A stretch of 62,151 bases of DNA, counting the filler, from Circinaria calcarea (lineage: Eukaryota), in NCBI GenBank assembly GCA_051942165.1. It is 3 parts of 3 records of this genome, joined end to end, with 100 filler letters (N's around TTAATTAATTAA, not from the genome) between each part and the next. Parts side by side here need not be neighbours in the genome. Positions count along the whole stretch, not along the records: positions 1 to 20,701 come from JAVECS010000167.1; positions 20,802 to 41,427 come from JAVECS010000168.1; 1 more part is not named here. One strand, 5' to 3'. Position 1 is the first letter of the stretch. Every line of letters begins with the position of its first letter. The notes under the pieces were generated by a model. The model searched no databases. It was not told the DNA's origin and saw only the letters and a program-made list of their open reading frames with translations. Of this stretch, positions 13,401-21,761 are shown in pieces. The position numbers and the translations under genes are program-made.

Positions 13401-13663
13401 TTTGATGATTGATCTGTCTCCACAAACTTCACTATAAGATCAACCCTGTTTCGCATTATCAGCAGCGCTAATACCCTTTTCCCACCATTGAAAACTGCTT
13501 CCATGCAGTTACGTTTCCACAACATATCTATTTCTGTTTTCTCGATGCATTCACGAACAGTATCCCGAGTTAAGATGCTATTCAGTGCACCCTCAGTTAA
13601 GAAATACTTCGACTCTGCACTCTTCACCAAAGCTTCCTTGAGATTCTTACGAATCCGCTCCAT
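10406..13663 (-). CDS. Protein kinase - HeLo-like helical domain - kinase-like domain protein (about 1070 aa)
   Basis: ATG at 13663 and a likely in-frame 45-nt intron 13126-13082 (GTAAGA..CTAAC..TGCAG). Kinase motifs are GGGGFGDVY, VRK, HYDLAPRN, DFG, APE and SDIWSFG. Then comes LDIERKRFILWG (HeLo-like E..R..LWG) and a second atypical kinase-like domain (WLHKNISSLNVLFF, PFLVGFDHSR, YQHP, DYYSMGVVLLELGLW). Confidence 0.85.
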   Translation of the reverse strand: MERIRKNLKEALVKSAESKYFLTEGALNSILTRDTVRECIEKTEIDMLWKRNCMEAVFNGGKRVLALLIMRNRVDLIVKFVETDQSSKTGHLDSRLPFEQETLTRILMNDNDAIFDIQRHQWEVIAPYFEEGRAHRIYQTDIVIPFVKSKWIGGGGFGDVYEVTLPSTHHGFGFQGGDQVRDSRHSICISNTLQVTIVRKLLRFETDAHGGRLLEQAHREFKSEQRILSLLKSLRHENIIELLASYTVLNDPPEHNFLFPRADATLSKVLRDKERDALSVFFPFEHALLQQLYGLSSAIENLHQYCSKEYDLELIGCHYDLAPRNILIRQRKLLLADFGLSRLRPETSKTIFAAGNGDYLAPECEPLQDDTFSKGIVGRASDIWSFGCILLEILIHNLHPENKAQAVEDFQKKRRTTLWAGEYTAYLFHSHDKPNPAVTGMLDSLSNQITNIQQKHLLLIRDMLAFNPDSRPTADSVTIQIFLRAQETIVKTVCRVFEATREFWLDDTLLDIERKRFILWGWSAKLLEDYSGFEVPASLRNDSLRQWLLGSRQVFAEIHKLLLAFLSEVNLIKENKELTRKFWKKRDIVHSAKQHVLPATEIHRRQLSLLNDGLWALPPRPLVHMMNGLLENQILSANNVYTLGKLHDLDEGSLSRNLTLLSTIKYLTARVHQFQPNARKRLLLTDHQVPVSTKLGIHCFGTISEMEGVEKTVLIEQMSYDPDWLGQHHGDELYNRADALAELLNNPEMPDYFRVLQCTGYFLDLSHNAISLVYGFPPLFSLSLKPVSLKSLILGCQRPNLGTLFNLAQSLARCVLAVHKTGWLHKNISSLNVLFFDNELSQAYVAVTNTSEKKLQPAPPIRDEKHILPSPRQIGKKKLSKNIFNAFSRKARDRRLDSQPLASTSETASSASLVTSQHSAKAEGDSQREPIKEVEHIDLSRALQQPFLVGFDHSRPDKEIEFTSGPSREQSQKPYQHPKHRDSHSMRRYHPEFDYYSMGVVLLELGLWRPVEVIVQADRADRLPENTNPNWLLDVVPQLGSTMGAVYRDAVKTCLNGELASLDSGLRPMELFEILVANGIERCYA

Positions 13664-13859
13664 TGTTTTACTTCTTCTTTCTTTGGAAGTTGTGGAATTG
13701 CGAGTGAGTGTCGAGGTTATTTCGGCTGACACAAGGCTATCAAGGCCATTTTCGAGAGCGACTAGCCTCGAATTTAGCACTGTGTAACCAGACCTAAAGC
13801 AAATTACTGTAACCGGGCGTCAGATCTGGTAAGATCCTTTCTACCAACAAATAGCTATC

Positions 13860-14146
13860 ATGCCACAAGTCACCCAGGTTCTTGAGCGGAGATACGTCGA
13901 CAAGGCTAAGCTCCTACAGTTTTGTCGTGAAGAATTCGGATCTGGCAATTTTAGTATCGAGGTAGCCATCCATTGAGTATTTTATAGTATATCAAGTTAA
14001 AAGGCTTATATAGCATGACGATGAACACTACGTCTTGACAGTCCCTCGAAGATTGATAAAGGTATTTACTTTCATCCATTGGAACTATACACTCTGATAA
14101 GCTTATACATTCGGGGTATCAGGCAGAGATTGCGAAGCTCCAATAG
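13860..14146 (+). CDS. 57-aa three-exon microprotein (absent from the ORF track)
   Basis: Exons 13860-13961, 14014-14061 and 14123-14146 with phase-0 GT..AG introns of 52 and 61 nt give MPQVTQVLERRYVDKAKLLQFCREEFGSGNFSIEHDDEHYVLTVPRRLIKAEIAKLQ*. Confidence 0.75.
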
Positions 14147-14623
14147 CACACAGCTGTTTCCACATCTTTTCTAGCAGACCCTTCTTAACCAGCCGAGAAC
14201 CATCATCCGTTGGGCTATCTCACCTGCTTGTGGTAGAATGAAGTGGGTATTCCGCGCTAGTCGACGAACGAACAGGAGGAGTTTGGGGACAATTGTAAGA
14301 TGGCGGAATACTAGACCTAATGTGGGAAGCTTGCGACGTTATCCACCATTCAGTGGAAACGATTAAAACCCAAAGATATCCTATCAAGCCGCTTGCAATG
14401 GTATGCTGCTACTGCAGGGTGATCATATTGGCTTTACCCCACCTGCAAAGGTTTGCCTTATTGCCTAGGCTATGGATGTAGAACAGTCACCGATCGAGAC
14501 AGCGTGAGCGTAAGAGGTGCCAAGATACCATAGCCCCAATTGATGAGATTCTTTCCCCCGGCTATAAAGTTCAACCCTTTCCCGGTACAGAGAAAGCACA
14601 CAGCATTCCTCTGGCTAGTATCC

Positions 14624-16633
14624 ATGGCAAACTCTGAACCAGCAGGCCCCGTTGTTGATGATTTACATATCTTAGATGATCCCAAAGATGCTTATACGCA
14701 ATTAGAGGAGGAGGCAGGCCGGTTGTTCATTGAAGAAGGATTAAAGGTTCTTGTATGGCCGAATGACAGGTGAGCTGCTCATCTCTGATTACACAGTCTA
14801 CCTAGTACTGATTGGCTTAGCGGCAAGCAACTTTCTCTGATCATTGATTCTACGGCTTTGGATGACTACGTTCAAGTAAGATAACTACTTCTATACGTGC
14901 CTATCCTTATCATTCAATTCTAACGAAGCTCTAGCGATGTCTTTCAGAAGGCAGAAGCAGTTTCTTGTGGGTTCACTTGTCTTTGCCCTCCTCATTGATG
15001 ACTGAACTCTCCATTCCGCAGAATTCTCCAGCAGGAACACACATGGAGCCACATTCTCATAAGCCTCGATTGTTTTAGGACTATAATAGCAGCCTTTGGG
15101 GTGTTCACGCCTTTTATTGAATTCATCAAAGCCTTTGGCTTGAAGGTGTCGGAAAGCGATGAGAATTTCATTGCCTATCACCGCAGGAGCTCTTCAATAC
15201 TTTCTGGTGAGTATCGAGCAAGGTTCCCAATATTCTACTTCAACTTACCCATCCTACTTACCCACCCTACTTACCTACTCTACCCGATGGCCAAGTCGGG
15301 GTACTCCACCCCACGCCGAAAGCCTCAGCTTCTACTCCACCCCAGAGGCTTAGGGTATGGTGACCTTGGTATTGAGGCATCCAGAGGCGCATTGCTAATG
15401 ATCTGGTTCGCCTCGACAAGAAATATGCTATAACCTTCGTTATCCAGAGAAGAGCGGCCGGAGTAATCATCCTATATGGTCAATCCGACACGTCGCCGTG
15501 TACCAGCAGTACCATCACAAGACCGGGATATCCAGATGGCTCCTACTACAGCCATCCGAGCGCATGAAACAAAAAATCATAAGCATTATCCAGGCCGATG
15601 GTTGTTTAACTAATAATCCGGTTATCCCACATCTCGCAATTCTGCTATCGTCTGAGAAAGGGTGGAGAGGGTATATAAGCGATTTACAGGAAGAGCTTAA
15701 CGAGCTGGTATAATATATTTCAGTTCAGATATTGTTCTTCATGCTAGAGTCTATAAAACGCTGTAAACCAGATTTCTAACCAGTTATAACATAGGACTAC
15801 AAGGCACAATTCTTCAAACCCGCTATATCTGACAAGGACTCATTCTATGTCCGTTTCGGTGACAGTCAACTTTTGCATCGCCGTCGACAAAAACTCCTAA
15901 AGTCATTTGCCGTTCTAGAAACCTGTATTAGCGTTGCTCAGGGTTATCAGCACTTTTGCAGAGACTTCGATAAGGCGTCTCAGACCCGAATCCCCCAGTC
16001 TTTCTATGTCGAGATAGAATTGTATATTGCCAAAATGCAAGCCCACAAGCGGGCAGTAAATCTACTTCTGAAACAGTCCGCGGGTACCTTGAAGCTGGTC
16101 AGTCATGTCTAATGGACGACCCTCTTACATATGGCTAACCTCTGACAATACGAAAGCTATTCCAAGTTCTCCAATTCCGGAACGATGAGGCATTTGCAAA
16201 AAGCAATAGTATCATGGAACATAATAGCCATGTACTTACAAACCTTGGGACTAGTGCCCGAGAAGAGAACAAGGCTATCATTGTGCTCACAGAGCAAGGG
16301 CGTACCGATTCGAGATTCATGAAGATCCTAACATTCATTGCTGTGTTATTTCTGCCTGCGGGTCTTGTGGCGGTAAGAACCTATCCTTTACAGCTGAACA
16401 TTCCCGTCGATCCCAACGCTGACGAAGAAACCCATCAGAGCATATTTAACTCCGGTCTAATCGTTTCCGTGAACGATGGTGAAGCATCAATGCAGACTCA
16501 CTTTAAGCCTGCGACGCAGTTTTGGATATATCCTGTCTCTACAGTTTTGCTGATGTGCGTCACAACTGTACCTGTGGTATACCTTGGGAGACGTAAGAGC
16601 AAGAAAGATATGGGCATGCACAGTGTTCATTGA
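14624..16633 (+). CDS. CorA-like (2 C-terminal TM helices) membrane protein, about 472 aa, 8 exons
   Basis: Exons 14624-14769, 14821-14875, 14935-14966, 15022-15206, 15421-15707, 15795-16097, 16157-16372 and 16439-16633 splice in frame (1419 nt). Motifs include EICYNLRYPE, WSIRHVAVYQ and WLLLQPS, a coiled-coil stalk, TM1 MKILTFIAVLFLPAGLVASIF and TM2 QFWIYPVSTVLLMCVT. Confidence 0.8.
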
Positions 16634-17199
16634 AAAAAACTCATCGGTGAATGGAGAACACTAAGGAAGCAGGAGACTATAATGCCTCAGTCCACCACGG
16701 CCTATGGTATGGAGTGAGCGGGCGTTTGGCGATATAAACTTGATACTTAGGTGCTCTTTACTCTTAGCTACCTATGGACACTTTCAACAAATTGTGACTT
16801 CTCCTACAACGCCGCAATCGTAGCCGAATGAACGTACGCTCCAAACCCATCCCACTCCTCCCTCTACGCCTCTCTTCATACTTCCCCACCACCCATCTGA
16901 CAGAGCCGGCGCCTCAGACCGGGCAAAAGCACAGATTCTACTTAGCCAAAAAAAAAGGGGCATAAAACTTTTCTACAAGAGCTTGATTGTAGGGACTGTA
17001 TTAAGAAAGTGAAAGAGCTAATTACATGGGAAAAGAAATGGGAAAAGGGATGCTGACAATGTATATAGTAAATTAGACAGAAAAGCGACGATGAGATATA
17101 TAATGCAAAGCGCCACAAAATCGAGGAATGAAACATGCCGCCTGCAGATGTTGTTATCAGTGCTAGTTCCTAGACATCGAGCCTAGGTGATTCGGGATT

Positions 17200-18025
17200 T
17201 CAGGAGGCTTGCTTGGTTGTCGATGATTGAGATGATTCCTGATTTAGGTCAGTTTTTTCGCAAGGCGGCGACGGCGAAGAATTGGAGGAATTTGTATAAG
17301 GAACTGAAGCGTTAGGGCGGATAACTTGACCTGCTGTCATCCCGTCAAGCTCGCTCGGTTCCCGTCCTGCGCTACTCAATAAGGCGTTGAGTGCTTTGAT
17401 CATATCTTGGTATGATTGATCGTCCAGCCTCGCGCGAAACAAGGGGTCCTGGTTGAGGACATGGAGGCATTGGCTGGGAATGGTTTTGATGTTGTGCATA
17501 CACACCTTGGAGAGTTTTCTCCACCGGCAGATATGCCATTGGATGCCGTCGTACTCCCCTTGCACTTGATATAGGTGAATGAGACCCGGGAAGTCAAGAG
17601 GAAATTCTCCGGACTGATATACTGGGCCTTCCTCTCTGTTTTCGAAGACGTAGCTCACATCTCCGGCCCTGCACAACTCGCAAGGCGGATCTCCTGTAAT
17701 CTGTTGATACATGATAAGTAAGCGACTGCACATTAGAGATTAGACTAACCACTAGACAGGCATTGTATTTGGCGTTCTCGATTTCAGCTGGATTTTTATA
17801 AGCATCTGGTAGCAACATCGTAAAGTGACTTGGTATATGAGGGTCGTCTATGACTTTGTCCTTCTTGTAATCTTTGATGTATGACAGGAGGTCTCCTGCT
17901 CTTGCGTCAGTAGGGATACATCCGCTGGCGCATGCCGCTGTATGTTGTCCCTTCTCGTGGGAATCATCTCCGAATACCCTATGTTCTTTTGGCTGCGTAG
18001 CTGTTTTGTCAGAAGCGTTACTCAT
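17200..18025 (-). CDS. Hypothetical protein, about 258 aa, putative PemK/MazF-like fold (paralog B)
   Basis: Exons 18025-17750 and 17700-17200 with a 49-nt intron at the same position (after ACLV, donor GTG|GTTAGT) as in 2291-3123. Confidence 0.75.
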
Positions 18026-19625
18026 TTTGCTTATATACTGAAAGGATATCTGATACTGGAATGTGATATTATAAGAGATGGCTAGTATTGCTCGTAGAGA
18101 ATATCTGTATAGAATAGAGCAGAGCGTGCTTGGAAAGGGCAGATATATAGCCTTTGAAATACAGAACTGCTATACCAATTACCATGGGACAGACCGCAGA
18201 GACTGAGCTGATACCAGACAATTGCGGTGTTCAACGGCTCTCCATCAAAGACGGGCTGAAGGAATAACGGACCATTCTGAAATGGACAACAAGCTCCCCG
18301 GGTCTCATACTATCATACCATTGAAATTACATTTTGTGCTACGGCAAGTACTAGGCAAGCAAGTGACAAGCCGGGAAAAGCAACAAATGTACAAAGTTGC
18401 TGTCCTAGACAGGGAGAAATAATATAATTCAGGCGAAACGTGACAGAAGGTTAGAACTGCAATGTGCAGCATGCTGCTTGTACGAGATTAGATTCAAAGG
18501 TCTTTCATAACCATGTCGCAAAGAAGCCACAGATAAACAGAAGGGTAGTCAATGGAGTCGAGAAACAATACTACTTCACCTTACCACCCTTGACGACCAA
18601 AGTCAAACAGCAAAATGTTATTGTCTTCTGCTCTGCTTCCTAAGCTCGATGAGCCTGCTACTTTTGTTTGAAGTCTGGTCAAAACGTAAAACAGGACATG
18701 CTACTTGAGTCATCCAGCTTCAAAGCTTGACAATGGCATTACCTCACCAGAACGGAGTTTCGCTACTTATTTAAACGGCTTAGAAGGGTTCTAGAAACAG
18801 TGCAACATCCCAAAGTGCCTTGGTCAAGGGGAAATGGAGAGTACAAATTAAGACATGTTTGGACAGAAACCACGACAAAATCAGAGAGAAGCATTGCATT
18901 TCGAACTGACTGAAACGCGAGACTGCGGCCGATAGTTTGTCAAGTGATTCCAACCCTCAAGGCAGACAGGTCCAATCCCGAGTCCTGGACTTGAAAGCGA
19001 TGAGTGAGTAATTGGGATTCAGATCTGAAACACGACATACTTTGATACAGGTCATCTTTCAAAGAAGAGAGATTGCCCCTATACAAAGCACCATTTTCCT
19101 CTTCATGACAAACAGTCGACAGGGTTCGTTCAGAAAGCACCACGCCATATCGTACCCAAAGGTACTAGAGGCGATCAACCAACAGCGTTATTACGCGAAC
19201 ACGGGGTAATTGCCCTCGAGCACCATTGTTCTCCACACTATCTAACTTTCCAAAAGCTGCTATTATTGTACCAATAATACGATCCCTAAGGTAGTTCATT
19301 GGCACCGTCGACGCGAAACTGAATAGGAGGTATCTATACATCGAAGGCTTTGTCTTGGCAAATGGAATTTCATGCTTGTTCCAAACGTGGTCTAGGCTCC
19401 CGTCAAGGCTTAGCCTCACGCAATGTAGATCCTCACGCACAGACCCGTTCCGGACCCCTTCTTCACTCTGGATCCTGGACATGGGCTCTCCGTACTCACT
19501 ACCCCTCGTCAACTTCCACTTACCCTTCTCAACTCCTCAGCGAAGCACCTACTTCATCAATCTTGTGAGTGAAGGCAGAGAACGTCTCTAAGCATTTGCT
19601 TTCCTTAAAACACGCAACCAGCGTC

Positions 19626-20272
19626 ATGTTTGCTTCCAAGCGCTTAGGCAAGGTATGTTGAGCTGAACCCATTACCCTTTCAGAGACCAATCTATTCTAA
19701 CATGTCTCAACAGGAGCTCACCAAGGTAACCGATACCTAACGAGAAAATCATTTACTCTCAACTAACACAACCACTCCATATAGATCCACGAAACCCTCC
19801 CTCCCGGCATCACCCTCGTCTCCGCCCCGGACTTCAAAGAATGGCTCGTAGACATACGTGTCCTGGATTCCAACCCTCTCTACCTAAACAAGACTTATCG
19901 CCTCCGCTTCCGGTTCTCCAACAAATACCCCATTGGTACCTCCCTCCTCTTCCTTCTCCTCTTTCCCCTCGTCCAGCTCCATTAACAACCATTCCAGAAG
20001 CCCCCGAAGTCACCTTTGTATCCTCCACAACCCCACCCCGCGAAATCCCCATCCACCCACACATCTACTCCAACGGCATCATCTGCCTCGACCTCCTCGG
20101 CACGGCCGGCTGGAGCCCCGTCCAGAACGTGGAGAGCGTGGCCATGAGTCTGCAGAGTATGCTGACGGGAAACACCAAGGATGAGCGCCCGCCCGGGGAT
20201 CAGGAATTTGTAAAGAGGAACACGCAGAGGCCGAGGGATATCAGGTTTAGCTATGAGGATAGTACCGTTTGA
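19626..20272 (+). CDS. Ubiquitin-conjugating enzyme E2, UBE2W-like
   Basis: MFASKRLGK|ELTK|IHETLPPGI...YRLRFRFSNKYPI|EAPEVTF...HPHIYSNGIICLDLL...WSPVQNVESV. Four exons, including a 12-nt microexon at 19714-19725. Confidence 0.9.
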
Positions 20273-20701
20273 GAGTTTATGGGGTGGGAAAGGGAAAAGA
20301 ATGTATAGAACGAGAGGGTGGAATCGAGATGATTGTTTAGCGTGGAGTTACGAGGCGCTTGGAGCTTTTGGAAAAAGGGGTAGTGCAACTTTTTAATCAC
20401 GTTGAATACAGACCCGGACATGCAATACTTGGCATATCAATTAGGAGTCTTTTCGCAACCCTTGTACTTTCACGCATCCGGCAGGAAAGCGCTGAATGCG
20501 GTAGCACGAGAGCAAACACAAATCAATCAGACCTAGGACCCCAATTATGAACAACACAATATCCGGTATCTATATTTCATTCAGAATCAAGTATACCATA
20601 CCCCTTCTAATACCTACAAGAAGAACCTCGGGTCTCGTGAAACCTACCCCCTTATTCCTCTCTTCCGGTCCCTCCTCCTCCTTATTCCCTTTCCCTTTTC
20701 C

Positions 20702-20801
20702 NNNNNNNNNNNNNNNNNNNNNNNNNNNNNNNNNNNNNNNNNNNNTTAATTAATTAANNNNNNNNNNNNNNNNNNNNNNNNNNNNNNNNNNNNNNNNNNN
20801 N
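20702..20801. other. Assembly gap with TTAATTAATTAA spacer
   Basis: N-runs flank a 12-nt linker with stops in all six frames. Confidence 0.98.
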
Positions 20802-21761
20802 CCCCCGGGGGGTGGTTTTTTTGGGAGGTAGACTTGTGGAATATTCTACTGCGAGTTGAATTGAAGCTGGAGGGTTGGTGGAAAGGGTTGTGGGGAGAGG
20901 ATTGATGACGGTGATGGAGAGGTGTTTGTGTATAGTGGGGGAGGGAGGGAAGCTCGAAGGAGTCTCTTTTTTACATTGTCTGCTATGGAACGAGTTCACA
21001 CGGACGTCTGCGGGTGTGTGATGTCATGGTGATTGAAAGCTATATGGTATCGGACTAATTGGCCGGAGCGGACTCCCAGGGGGATAGGGTTGAGTGGCCG
21101 TTATACAACGTGCAGTTTCATAAAGTTTAGGTAAGTTTTTAGCGAGGTAGGTGGGGTAATTCCTGGTGGGGGCACAAAAGGGACGGAGTAAAACCCCGTC
21201 CACGCATACCCAAAATAATCATATCCAAAGCCAAACCAACAAATCCCATGCATACCGTAATTCCATCAGCGCTTTCTGGCAGCAGTACAGGACGAGCCTC
21301 TCGCCAGGTTTATCTTGGAAATTTCTGGCATGGTAACCGAGGAAAGTCGCCCGCGTTCTCTCCTCTTACGGGCCTCTTTAGCTTTTTTGCCCTCCTCTCT
21401 CTTTCCTGGTTCCCGCCTCCTCTGGCATGTCAATTTCTTAACGCTTTCGCTGTCGTCTTTTTGGCTTTACTTTCTGCGGCAGCCGTCTGATCTGCCTTAG
21501 ATTTTATGTGTAATAACGATTTCTACATTGCTTATCACTTTCATTCATTTTCTTATTCACTAAAATTACTGCTTATTCTATTCTATTTTATTCATTGAAG
21601 CTCCATTATCCTCAAATTAATATCTATTTCTTCGTAAAGGGCTAGGACCAGTCATACTTATATGAAGCTGTGATACTGATCGCATCATCAAACTCTGAAC
21701 CGAGCGAGTTGTTGATAATTTATCGGAGAATAAGCGAGTGTCCGCTATTCTACATGGTAGT

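Noticed and set aside
13664..13780. N-terminal extension of the 1124-aa ORF
   Set aside because: It starts at a non-ATG codon; the first ATG is at 13663.
20746..20757. TTAATTAATTAA palindrome, repeated at 41472-41483
   Set aside because: Embedded in N-runs; an artificial contig-joining spacer, not biology.
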